Shown one piece after another: positions 50,885 to 63,017 of a DNA stretch of 64,000 bases. Position 1 is the stretch's first letter, and each line of letters begins with the position of its first letter. Position numbers and translations under genes: made by a program. The stretch spans positions 90,749,353-90,813,352 of the forward strand of contig NC_057718.1 in NCBI RefSeq assembly GCF_004010195.1, read 5' to 3'. The notes under the pieces were generated by a model, which saw nothing but the letters and a program-made list of their open reading frames with translations, was not told the DNA's origin and made no database searches. Source of the DNA: Chiloscyllium plagiosum (lineage: Eukaryota).

Positions 50885-51495
50885 AGGAAAAAGTGAGGAC
50901 TGCAGATGCTGGAGATCAGAGCTGAAAAATGTGTTGCTGGAAAAGCGCAGCAGGTCAGGCAATATCCAAGGAGCAGGAGAATCGACGTTTCAGGCATAAG
51001 CCCTTCTTCAGGAATGAGGAAGGTGTGTCAAGCAGGCTAAGATAAAAGGTAGGGAGGAGGGACTTTGGAAAAGGGCGTTGGGAATGCGATAGGTGGAAGG
51101 AGGTTAAGGTGAGGGTGATATGCCGGAGAGGGGGTGGGGGCGGAGAGGTCGGGAAGAAGATTGCAGGTCAAGAAGGCGGTGCTGAGTCCGAGGGTTGGGA
51201 CTGAGATAGGTGGGGGGAGGGGAAATGAGGAAGCTGGAGGAATCTGCATTCATCCCTTGTGGTTAGAGGGTTCCTAGGCAGAAGATGAGGCGCTCTTCCT
51301 CCAGGCGTCGTGTTGCCATGGTCTGGCGATGGAGGAGGCCAAGGACCTGCATGTCCTTGGCAGAGTGGGAGGGGGAGTTAAAGTATTCAGCCACGGGGCG
51401 GTTGGGTTGGTTGGTGCGGGTGTCCCAGAGGTGGCCTCCTCTACATTGGGGAGACAGGCCGCCTACTTGCAGAACGTTTCAGAGAACACCTCTGG
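50885..51495 (-). mobile_element. Penelope-like element (family A) 3' end with an inverted 5' segment
   Basis: Minus strand LWDTRTNQPNRPVAEYFNSPSHSAKDMQVLGLLH...RRLEEERLIFCLGTL*PQGMN. Plus strand GLLYIGETGRLLAERFREHLW at 51433-51495. Hammerhead at 50978-51015. Confidence 0.88.
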
Positions 51496-51549
51496 CTCTC
51501 TGGCGCCGCGAGGCAGCAGTGCTAGCCACTGTGCCACCCTGCCGCCCAC

Positions 51550-51925
51550 AAGGCTGGGACTTTCTTCACTGGAGTGTAGACGGTTGAGGCGTGACCTTAT
51601 AGAGCAACATGGATAAGGTGAATGACAAGGGTATTTTCCTGAGAGTAGAGGAGTTGAAAACTAGGGGGCATATTTTTAAGGTGAGAGGAGAAGGATTTAA
51701 AGTAGATAATGGGCAACTTCGTTACACAGAGAGTGGTTCATGTGTGGAATGAACTGTCAGAGGAAATAGTGGATGCAGGTCCATTTGGATGAGTACCTGA
51801 ATAGGAAAAGTCTGGAGGGAGATGGGCCAAGTGCAGGCAGGTGGGACTAGTTTAGTTTGGGAACATGGTCAGTGTGGACTGGTAGGACCAAAGGGCCTGT
51901 TTCCGTGCTGTATGACTCTATGACC
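51550..51925 (+). mobile_element. HER1/CR1 LINE 3' end
   Basis: gggcctgtttccgtgctgtatgactctatgac tail. Confidence 0.85.
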
Positions 51926-52474
51926 TATCACAATGAACAAGAGCCAGCTGTTTATTCCAAGGGTCTTGAAGATGCCCACTTTGTGTGTCAGACCTGGCAA
52001 GAGGTGGTCTTCCAGATCACATTTGGACTGCTTTCTCCAGGGATTGGCAGGAACCGGCATTACCAGCTTCTAAACCGAAATGGATCCATGTTAAACCGAG
52101 GCAGTAATAGTTTCAGAGGATGGCCTGTGTCGGTTTTGAAGTGATAAACTGTTTGGATCAGTGGAAGTTAAAATTGACCCAGTGTAAATGCTAAACTAAG
52201 GCCCGGCTGTTCTCTCCCAAGTTGATTGATGCATCTCAGGATGTTTCCCGCCTTAGGAGAGACTGCCCCACCAGTCGGGATCGCCCTCTGGGGGCTGGAA
52301 TGGCGTGGGCTCCACCACTCCCCCAGATACAGGCCAGAAGCAGTCTCGAGGCTGCTGAATATCGACGCAGGCTCTTTAAAGGAATTCGCCCACCCACCCC
52401 TCCCATGTCTGGGACGTAAACAGCGATATTGGAATGACCAGGGTGTGTGTTTTATTTTGTGTGATGATGCCATG

Positions 52475-52787
52475 GGGTGGCACGATGGCTCAGTGGTTAG
52501 CTCTGCTGCCTCACCGCATTAGGGACCCGGGTTCACTTCCTGCCTTGGGTGACTGTCTGTGTGGAGTTTGCACATTCTCCCTGTGTCTGCGTGGGTTTCC
52601 TCTAGGTGCTCCGGTTTCCTCCCACAATCCATAGACGTGTAGGCTAGGTGAATTGGCTATGCTAAATTACCCATACTGTTAAGTCCATTAGTCAAGGGTA
52701 AATATAGGGTAGGGAAATGAGACTGGGTGGGTCGGTGTGGACTTGTTGGGCTGAAGGGCCTGTTTCCATACTGTAGTCAATCTAATC
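52475..52787 (+). mobile_element. HE1-type SINE
   Basis: Head, core and tail are all present. Confidence 0.9.
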
Positions 52788-54331
52788 GCGGGATAAACGC
52801 AGGTGGGACCGTGGATCTCACTCTCCTACACTTTCTTCAAAACAGTGCCAGGGATCCTTCCCACCTAAGAGGGGCATATTGGACCTTGGTTTAACATCTC
52901 ACCCAAAAGAAAGCATTCCTTCAGTGATTCCCGAAGTATCAGCTTAAGCGTTTTGACCTGTAGTGGGACTTTGAACCTTCTGATGCATCATTACTAGCAA
53001 CTGAGTCGCTGCTGTCATACAACCAACGGTGACCAAATGAGAGAATGTTACATGATATGATATGCATCACCCAGCTCAAAGCTGGTCAAATCGATCACTT
53101 CAAATAACCAGCTTGACAAACTCTTAATCCCCAATTCCGCTGCGGTCTCCACAGGCCAGGGACATCACCAGGGAATTGAGGCTGATACCGGATCACTGAT
53201 AAAAGCTGGGTTGCATCTTTGTGTTGGTTAGATTTCCTGTCTTGCTGGCCATGTGTTGGGCCACAGCACAGCTTTCAGGTTCTGTACCCAAGTTTTAAAA
53301 TTGTGATGGTCCCGTTTTATATATGTATATATATATATATTATCTGCTGTTTTGACATGATTTTGATCAGTCCAATGCAGTTGCATTTCCTCCTTTAAAA
53401 ATAACGTTGCTTTAACACACAGCCTAGATTACTCACTCAGGGATGAGGGCAGTATATCTGAGACACCTTTACAATCTCACTAGATACTACAGAGTACCAG
53501 TGGAAATTATTTTACCTTAAAGCAATGTACAAGTCATCAATGATTTGACCTTTAATATTTAGACATGAACCAGTGGGATGATCTTTATGGCATTTCCATG
53601 ATCCTTCGCAAATAAATCCATGCTCGATTAAATACTTTGGCTGGTATAAAATTCTGAAGGGACTTGACAGGGCAGATACCAGGAGGGCATTTCCCTTGAC
53701 TGGGGTATCTGGAGCATCAGATCACAACCTCCAAGGAGCCCTTTATGACTGCAATGAGGAGAAATTTCAGTCAAAGGCTTGCGAAGCTTTGAAATGTTCT
53801 ATTCCAGAGCACTGGAGGTTCTCAATCATCGAGCATCTTCAAAGTCAGGAATTGATTGATTTTTGGACGCGATAAAGGCAGTGCACACGAGCGTACTTGA
53901 GGTAGAAGATCAAATGTGATCTTAGTGAAAGAAAGACCAGGCTCAAAGGGCCTATTCCTCCTGCTATTTTCTTGGAGGCAATTGGATGTAACGATACAAG
54001 CAGCCATTTTGTTTTTGTGATTGTCAAATGCAGTGGTGTTGAATAAATCTTGCCACAATATGACCCCAGAGTCCTAGGTCATGCAGAAATGCAATAGGGA
54101 GGTCTCCTTGAAAGATATAAATTGACAATTTTCAGATGTACAACTTTCCAATGAAAATTCGCACTGTTTTATTTTGCTTTATTCCTCATGTTGTCGCCAA
54201 CTGATTTTTGATGAGCCTGCTCCCAGGTGAACTAAATCATGAAGTGTGAGTGTGGAATTGTGTGAAATAGATAGTTGCATGATGGGAAAACTGGCCAACC
54301 TCTAGTTGTTACATATTCTTTGACTGACCTT

Positions 54332-54859
54332 TGTACAACCCCAGCACTGCCTGGCACAACGCAAGATAACAAAGGTCAAAGCATTGCTAACCTCAGCAGG
54401 ATTTGAAGTAGACTGAGTCCACATAACTTCCTTAACCTTGGTAGACCTAGGCAGAGCTTGATCAGGCTGGTTCCACATAAATTTTGAGATACTGACTAAG
54501 CCTGAATAAGGACATCACACAAAATCCTTTCAGCCCCCAACAAGGACACAGTTATGAGATGACATACGTGGCACTAGGTTTTGGGAGGTCAGTATGATAA
54601 ATCTCTGAAGTAATAACACAGATCATAATTCAATGTACCGGTCTAATGGATGACTAACCTCTGGTGATAGTTATTGATAGCTATCGATAAATTTTAAGCA
54701 TAAGTATTGCTGCTTTTTTCTCTGTAAGAGCTGTGATCAACTCTCTCTTTTCCGAGTTCAGCCACTCTGTGTGCAGTTTCCTCGCTAATAAAGATCGATT
54801 ATTTTGTCAGAACAAGGTTTGTTGAACCATTGTGGAGTGTGTGGAGTTTAGCTCTCACA
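54332..54859 (+). mobile_element. Probable solo LTR
   Basis: tgtacaacc...gctctcaca (TG...CA) with AATAAA about 70 bp from the end. Imperfect 5-bp flanks acctt/gtctt. Confidence 0.45.
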
Positions 54860-55104
54860 GTCTTGTAACTATTTCTGTATGAGCTTCTGACTTGGCCAGC
54901 ATTTCTTGTATCTCTGTAATGAGGGTAGGTACCACAGGGATAGAGATTCCAGTTTCTACACTGTGAAGGTCAGGATGCAATTTGGCTTGGAGGAGGGCTT
55001 GCAGGATTTCCCATGAGTCCGCTGTTTGACCTTTCTGGTGGGAAAGGTTACAATTGTGAAGGAACTATCCAAGGAGACTCAGTGAGCTGCTTTTGCTGAG
55101 GGTA

Positions 55105-55720
55105 TATGGGGATGATGGTACAACAATACTGTCACTGGATTAATATTCCACAGGCTAGGTTCAAATTTCACCCTGGCAGCTGGTGGAGTTTGCATTCAAT
55201 TAACGTTGATCTGCAATTGTAAGCTAATTTCAGTTAATGCCATTAAATCATAGAATCATAGTGTGGAAACAGGCCCTTCGGCCCAATAAGTCCACACCGA
55301 CCCTCCGAAGAGCAACCCACCCAGACCCATTGCCCCCATGATCATCAATTGTATTCAAAAACCATTTGGATTACTAATGCGTTTTAAGGAAGAAAATCAT
55401 AGAATCCCTACAGTGAGGGAGCAGGCCATTCAGCCCACTGAGTATAATACAACCCTCCAAAGAGCATCCCAACTGGACACAACCCCCAGCCCTCTATTTT
55501 CCATGGCCATACCGCCTAATCTGCTCATCTTTAGACTGTGGGGAGGAAACTGGAGCATCCAGCAGAAACCCATCCAGATACGGGGAGAATATGCAAACTC
55601 CATGTAGACAGTCCAAGGCTGGAATCAAACTCAGGTCCCTGGTACGGTGAGGCAGCAGTGCTAACCACTGAGTCACACAGAATTCTGCCGCCCTAACTTG
55701 GTCTGGCCGCCCTAACTGTA
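55105..55720. mobile_element. SINE family 2 (+) with nested HE1-type SINE pieces (55250-55336 and 55398-55678, -)
   Basis: Recognisable SINE motifs. Confidence 0.7.
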
Positions 55721-55974
55721 TCAAAATCCTGAGGCAGTTGAGGTGTTTCTGTGAATGTTGCATGCCCCTATTAGCGTTCTTCCCAGGCAACCACGAATAA
55801 AATCAACAACTCAACAATAGAGACTTGAACTTAAGACTCTGTGTCCAGATCATGAATGGAGTTGGAATCCAAAATCATCAACTCAGATTAATTCTATCAT
55901 CAAGGAGCGTCCTACTGTTTATAATTTAAAGTGAGGCGGCCTTTTTTTTCCTGTTGTCTGCAGTGTGTTTGTCC

Positions 55975-56615
55975 CTTGCTGTCACATGTACCTACGTACA
56001 GTGAAAAGTTTTGTTTTGCATGCAGTACAGGCAGATCATGCCATACAAAGTGCATTTGGGTAATAGAACAGAGCAAAGAATACAATGTTACAGCTATAGA
56101 AAAGGTGAACAGAGAGCGAGATCAACTTTAAATTTAAGATTTGAGAGGTCCATTCAGAAGTCTAATAACAGCGGGGAAGAAGCTGTTCTTGAATCTGTTG
56201 GTACACGTGTTTAAGCTTTTGTATCTTCCGCCCGACAGAAGAGGTTGGGAGAGATTATAACCGGGGTGGGAGGGGTCTTTGATGATGTTAGCTGCTTTCC
56301 CGAGGCAGCGAGAGGTATAGGTGGAATCAATGAATGGAGGGTTGGCTTGCAGGATGGACTGGGCTAAGTTCACAACTCTCTGTAGTTTCTTATGGTCCTG
56401 GGCAGAGCAGTGCCATACCAAGCCATAATGCATCTGGATAGAACACTTTCAATGGTGCATCTATAAAAATTGGTAAGGGTCCTTATGGACATGCTGAACT
56501 TCCATAGCCTCCTGAGGAGGTAGAGACATTGTTATGCGTTCTTGACCGTAGTGTCGATGTGGGCGGACCAGGATAGATTGTCGATGATCATCACTCCTAG
56601 AAACTTGACTTCTCT
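55975..56615 (-). mobile_element. Rex1/Babar-type LINE 3' fragment
   Basis: KKLQRVVNLAQSI...RCLGKAANIIKDPSHPGYNLSQPLLSGGRYKSLNTCTNRFKNSFFPAVIRLLNG, with tail cttttcactgtacgtaggtacatgtgac. Confidence 0.82.
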
Positions 56616-57184
56616 TGACATCAAAGTGCAGTGTCCCACACTAGATTATATATCAATTATTACTTAATCATGGTAAGATGTTCTGGTAAAGAGGTGAGCC
56701 TACTACAATGGAAGCAGAGTTTCAAAGTGCTTCAGAATCCCTATTTAATCCTTTCCATCTGATGTTTTAGAATGGCCAGTTTGTGAACTTAAAATAGATG
56801 TTTTTGAGCTGCCACCCGCAAAGGATTTCTGTGTTTGTGTCGGGGAAACAAGAAAATACACAAAGATAACCTCAAGATATCTGTTACTTCTAAGAGAGTC
56901 AATCAATTTTAGTTAATAGACCAGCTTAAGTTAAGATCTAATCAAATCAGGTTGGCGCAGACTTGGGTCCTTAAACGGGCTAACAGAGTACAAGAACTTC
57001 TAAATGCTCACAATTGTCAGAGCCAATCTATTTGTTATGCAAATCAGGTGTGGAAATGTATAAGCAATTTGCAATAATTTTAAGAGGTTTTCAACTCAAG
57101 TTTTAAAATTGATGATGGCATAATTATCTGCTCATGGGAGAAAAGTATAACCTTCAGATTTATATAATACTGGTGGGGATTTTT

Positions 57185-57506
57185 ATAGAATCCCTACAGT
57201 GTGGAAGCAGGCCATTCAGTCCATCAAGTCCACACTGACCCTTTGGAGGGCATCCCACCTAGATCTACCCTGTCCCTATATTTCCCAAGGCTAATCCACC
57301 TAACCTACATATCCCTGGACACCAAGGGCAATTTAGCATGGCCAATCCACCTAACCTGCGCATCTTTGGACTGCAGGAGGAAACCCATGCAGACATGGGG
57401 AGAATGTGCAAATTCCATACTGATAGCCACCCAAAGCTGGAATCAAACTGAGGTCCCTGGCACTGTGCGGCTGCAGTGCTAACCACTGAGCCACCATGCC
57501 ACCCCA
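57185..57506 (-). mobile_element. HE1-type SINE
   Basis: Reverse-complement HE1 motifs. Confidence 0.85.
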
Positions 57507-58689
57507 ATTCCTGAGGTTAATTCATTTGTTGATGCATAATCCTAATGAGTCAGAGTTCTGTGGCTGAGTGCACTGATGTTATAAGCTTCAAAGTATCATT
57601 TAAAACTCTCTGGAAAAGATCCTAAAATTTTATATGGTATTAATTTGGTTTTCAAAGCAAGTAATTTCAAGTAATATCTAAGTCAGACATTATATTATGA
57701 TATAATTATTTTTATCTTATCTATAATATCCTTTTGCATCTGTATAGTTATATGTTCTGTAAATAAATTTGATTATTAGTTTTAGCCTATGTTAGTGGAC
57801 CTAGCACTGCACATAATGTAGGCAACAAAGTTTTGAATTGAGTTTAAATTTAGAGGACAGAGAATGGGAGGTCCCCCTAGATAAGAATCATAGCATCATA
57901 CAGCTCAGAAACAGACTCTATGCCGAGTATAATCCCAAACTAAACTAGTCCCACCTGTATGCACTTGGCCCAGATCTCTCCAAACATTTCCCATTCATGA
58001 GTAATTAATATTCAAATAATTAAGTTGAAAATAAATGTTTCAGTGACAGATATTTTCTAATCAGTGTGTTCAGAGATTCACCTCTGGAGCAAGTGAGACC
58101 TGAACCCCTGCTCTCCTGGACTAGACATAGGGAGGCTATCACTCAACCACAAGGACATTATGCGATAGGATTCAGTGATAAAAGGTGTGAAGTAAAATTG
58201 GTGATACGTGAGGAGAAGGAAGAGCTCTTTTTAATGGAGGTTCAAGGATTGGAAGCTCAGCTAACAGTAAAATATAAAACAGGTCACTGAGGTTGCAATT
58301 CTTCTGATGTTAAGACAGTGGCTTGGAAGTAAAATTTGGATTTAATTGGATGAAATTTCAATTTATCCAAGACTAGATGTTCTCCAAGCTGTCTGAGCAG
58401 AGAGTCAGTGGAAGCGACAAGAGAGATGGTGGTGAGGAACAGTTGGATGTCACCAGCAGATCTTTGGAATCCAACCAAATGTTGTTGATGACATTGATGT
58501 TGTTAAAGACAAAGCATATAAATCAGGCTGAGGACCAATCCTTCAGGGAACTCCCAGGCTAAAGAGGCACAAGCAGGTACATCAAAGCTGACTTTTATTT
58601 ACTTCCTTGTCTCAAATACACTTAAGTATTTTGAATTAAAATCAGTAAGAGACAGCTTGACTTAACGTTTCAGCCTGTGTTACATTCTC

Positions 58690-59102
58690 CCCATCGAAAG
58701 ATTCCAGAACAAGCTCTCTGTTCTGAACTTTGTCATTGAAAGCTGTTCTCCAGAAAGGAAGAGAAAACACTTCATGGACGTTCTCTAAACCTCAGTGAAA
58801 GAAAAAAGCAACCCTCCCTCCCCACCTCTGTTGACTCTTAGGAATCTCAAGCCCAAGACTGACCAATTTGGAGAAGAAGCAGCCACCAAGTTTGCCAGCG
58901 GATTGGATCATCTCCAACAAGCCCTGGTGGATTCCAGGAGCAAGCAGCAAAAGGAGGATGCAGAAATTCAGGCACCCTACTGACCCACCTCACCAAACAC
59001 GTCCTACCCCTCTCCTGTCGCAGGATATGAGGGTTCGATATTAGATACACAACAGCGAAGGAGAAGCAAGCCATCTTCGTTCCCAAGGGACTATCGAAGA
59101 GA
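58690..59102 (+). mobile_element. Decayed RTE-clade LINE 3' end
   Basis: Tail gaagcaagccatcttcgttcccaagggactatcgaagag and a remnant C-terminal CxRIxG motif. Confidence 0.5.
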
Positions 59103-61174
59103 CAAGTAGAGTTATCATGCCAACCCCATCATTGAGAAATCTTCAAAATATTGGAACCAGGCTTCAGAACCATTTGTCCACTCTGCGTATTGTTTTTGGT
59201 TCTTTAGGTGAAAGATGATCTTTATTCGGTGGAAAAATAACAAAAAATGTTCCAATACAGTGGATGAGAATTTTGTCACTATTAGTTGTGTGAGAGCCGT
59301 GTCAAATTGCTTCAATAATTTATTGTTTATTCTCCACGTGACTTCTGAGGGGCTGTGCATTGTGGGTACTGGGTGAGTGACCGCAGTGATAGTATGAATG
59401 TTGAGGAGGGGGGAAGCATGTGGATGAGCAGGAGGTTATGGTCTAGCATCGAGTTAGTATGGAGAATATGAGGTATGATGAGGGCAGGTAGGGTTGTAGG
59501 AAAGGGTCAAGCTGGAATCTCTGTTTCAGAATCAACTTCGACAACGATAGAGCTGGTCAGTCGAGAGTGATTCCATCATACACTCCTTTCTTGTGTCCTG
59601 TAGACAGTAGACATGAAGGAGATAGGCCAACCTGTGCCCACTGCAAGATACCTTTTACCAGGTTGGACCCAGTGAGTTGGATAATTGCTTTCTGCCTTTG
59701 TAGCTAAAATCAGTCCTCTATCTCCAGTGAAGTCTGCAGCATGATTCAGAGGCCACTCTTTTTTGCTACGAAAATTAAAAATTAGCAGAAACCGAAGGAC
59801 GGTGTGAAGAGATTTCTTTGCCAATGTTTGATCTTTCCTGCTGTGTGAACAGAGATTCCAGGGGACATTCCTCACACCTCAGTGAGCTGATGATACAACC
59901 TCTCACATTAGTGGAACAGATGGGTGTGTTTATAACATTGTAATTGGGTTATTATAGTCATAACTCTGTGCTCAGTGTTGGATGTTTCCTGAAGATGTTT
60001 ATGCTGTTCAAGTGATTCCAGAACCTCATTCCAACTTTAGTCTTTTCTGCAGCAAAGTTTGCTGTTTCAATTTGAAGCAATTCATCCGAGCCCAATGTTA
60101 GGTTAGGGACCACGCTTACCCTATCTCTGTGATCTCCTCCAAACTTGCAAACTTTTGTGATATCAGCATTCCTCTAATGCAGGACTCTTTACCATCCTGA
60201 ACTGACTCACACCATCTCTAGGGGGTTGTGCTTTCAGCTCCCTAAGCCCCCAAGCTCTGGAATTGGGTTCTCAATCTCAATCACTGTCATCCCTGGTGCC
60301 AGCCTTCAGTTAGTCTATAATTGGGCAACCCAAATGGACCTCCCATATGGCCATCTCTGTCCTTGCCCAGCTCCACTTACTCTCCAAGATGTAGAGATGG
60401 GGAGTCTCTGCCTTATCTTCAAATTCCTCAGTAGCATTTGATTTATCCTAATCAAACATGCATGTTTTCAGTTGACATCCCTGAATTCCCATTGATTCTG
60501 TTGAATTATTGCTTGTTCTTTTTGATCTCTTTGATCTTTCTGTCACTTTTCCTGGTTCTCTCTTTATAAAGTGTTTCACATAGTTTCCTCCCCGCTCTGA
60601 TTTACCACCTTGTTGTGAACCTCTCACCCTGTGACACATTGAGCTTTTTTGTGCAACTTAATCACTTGTGATTATCATTTTATCTCAGTAATAGACAGTG
60701 TTATAAAATACCTTAGTTGTGCTACCATTTGAACTCCATGTGCTGTAATACTGAGAGTAAATCCAGCTGCTGGTTTTCTCTTACTTTCCCAAGCAAGGGA
60801 TTTAAATGCTTGGCCACATTCTCGGGATAACATCATTTAAGGCTCTGCAGCAGTGGTAATAAAACATTGCGCATTAAATGTGGCTCATAAATCAAACCAG
60901 TATTTATGGGTTTAATGAGTCAAATTTAATGTGACATTTTACAATTTATTTCGAATTCAATCATGTGCAGCCTAGCTCAAAGCACCTGATGCCAAGCTCC
61001 GCACAGCACCCCACATCCAGTGGACAGGCTCAGGCCTGGGCAGTCTGTTGGGTTCCTGATTTGTTGCTGTGAAAGTCAGAGAGAGAGTGGAGCAGAAGAG
61101 GTTTGCTGTGTGTACACCGACTGTCCATCTCTGCCTGACAGTGAAAAGAAAGCTCAGTTGAGAGATCTTCAAGG

Positions 61175-61562
61175 CAGACACACACACACTCGCACCACAC
61201 ACCCTCACATATTCTCTCACACACATATACACTAACATCATACACCCACACACACACACTCGCACCACCACCCTCACACATTCTCACACACACATACAAC
61301 AATAACACTCACCCACACACACACACTTGCACCACACACCCTCACACATTCTCACACACACAACTAACGGCAACACACTGACACCCACACACGCTAACAC
61401 CCACCTGCACACATACTAACACCCAAACAACCACACAGACTTGCACCCACACACTCACACCTACATGCAGTACCACCAACACACCCACACACTAACACGC
61501 ACACCATCACACACTCCTAACACCACACACACTCACAGCTACACACCCACACACACCCACAT
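61175..61562. repeat. CA-rich cryptic microsatellite with a ~70-bp higher-order unit repeated about 3 times
   Basis: cacact(c/t)gcacca..caccctcaca.attctc recurs at about 61185, 61255 and 61323. Confidence 0.9.
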
Positions 61563-61614
61563 CTCAGATCTATTGATTCCAATACTATTACATTGAAGTA
61601 GACAGTCTGCTTCA

Positions 61615-62135
61615 GTCATAGAGTTTTACAGCACGGAAACAGACCCTTCAGTCCATCTCAGCCATGCTGACCAGATATCCCACATTACTCTAGTCCCATT
61701 GGCCAGCATTTGGCCATATCCCTCTGATCTTTCCTATTCATGTACCCATCCAGATGCCTTTTAAATGCTGTAATTGTACCAGCCTCCACCACTTCCTCTG
61801 GCAGCTCATTCCATGCATGTGCCACCCTCTACAGAAAAAAGTTGCACCTTATGTCTCTCTTAAATCTTTCCCCTCTCACCTTAAACCTATGCCCTCTAGT
61901 TTTGGACTCCACCAATCCTGGGAAAAAGACCACAGCTATAACCCTCCATAAGGTCACCCCTCAGCCTCCAACGTTCCGGGGAAAACAGCCCCAGCCTATT
62001 CAGCCTCACCCTATAGCTGAAACCCTCCTACCTTGGCAACATCCTTGTAAATATTTTATGAAACCTTTCAAGTTTCACATCATCTTTCCTGTAGCAGGGA
62101 GAGCAGAAGTGAATACAGTATTCCAAAAGTAGTCC
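61615..62135 (-). mobile_element. HER1/CR1 LINE 3' end
   Basis: Reverse-homologous to 7570-7945. Confidence 0.85.
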
Positions 62136-62315
62136 ATTCATGCATTCTGTTCACCCCCATTATATCAGAACTGAAGGCAAGCATGAAGCTGCTTCTGCAA
62201 GTACCTACATGAGGCTTTTCCTTGATTTATTTCTCATCTTTAACAAAGAAAAGACCATGAGACACTGGGGAGAGGTATAACCCAACGCATACCTTGCCCC
62301 TAAAGGTAATGAGTC

Positions 62316-62508
62316 GATGGTGTGGTGTTGGAAGAACACAGCAGGACAGGCAGCATCCGAGGAGCAGGAGAATCAACCTTTCGGACATTAGCTCTTCATC
62401 AGGAGAATTGACGTTTCAAGCATAAGTTCCTCGGATGCTGCCTGACCTGCTGTGCTTTCCAGCACCACACTCTATTCTGAGCTCCAGCATTTGCAGTCCT
62501 CACTTTCT
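62316..62508. mobile_element. Rearranged inverted PLE mini-element (family A)
   Basis: Imperfect 17-bp TSD cctaaaggt(a/g)atga(g/t)tc at 62299-62315 and 62509-62525. Confidence 0.75.
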
Positions 62509-62769
62509 CCTAAAGGTGATGATTCTACCAAAGCACCACAAGTGTCCTTGCTCCCTGTTGTACACTTAATCTCATCCACAGAAGGTGGGTATATACCTTC
62601 ATCATAGAACCACTGAACAGTTACAGCACAAGAGACCATTCAGCCCAACAAGTCCAGGACTGCATTTTGAATCGAAACCACTATTGCATAAAAATGCTTC
62701 TCCTCATGTTGCCATTGCTGAAGGTCAATACAAAGTCCTCAAGCCCAGATAGGACATATAGTCAGACAG

Positions 62770-63017
62770 GTAAAAACAATGACTGCAGATGCTGGAAACC
62801 AGAGTTTAGGTTAGAGTGGTGCTGGAAAAGTACAGTAGTTCAGGCAGCAACCGAGGAGCAGTACAATCGACGTTTCGAGAAAAAGCCCTTCATCAGGAAT
62901 ACTGATGGAGTTTAACGGTATTCCTGATGAAGGGCTTTTGCCCGAAACGTCGATTTTACTGCTCCTCGGATGCTACCTGAACTGCTGTGCTTTTCCAGCA
63001 CCACTAATCCAGACTAG
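62770..63017. mobile_element. Inverted PLE pLTR mini-element (family A) with two back-to-back hammerheads
   Basis: Plus-strand intact CTGATGA-a-gggc/tttt/gccc-GAAAC-GTC at 62924-62951. TSD agtcagacag at 62760-62769 and 63018-63027. Confidence 0.87.

Noticed and set aside
58795..58983. 62-aa hydrophilic ORF as a novel small gene
   Set aside because: It lies within a probable decayed RTE LINE end and has no supporting gene structure.
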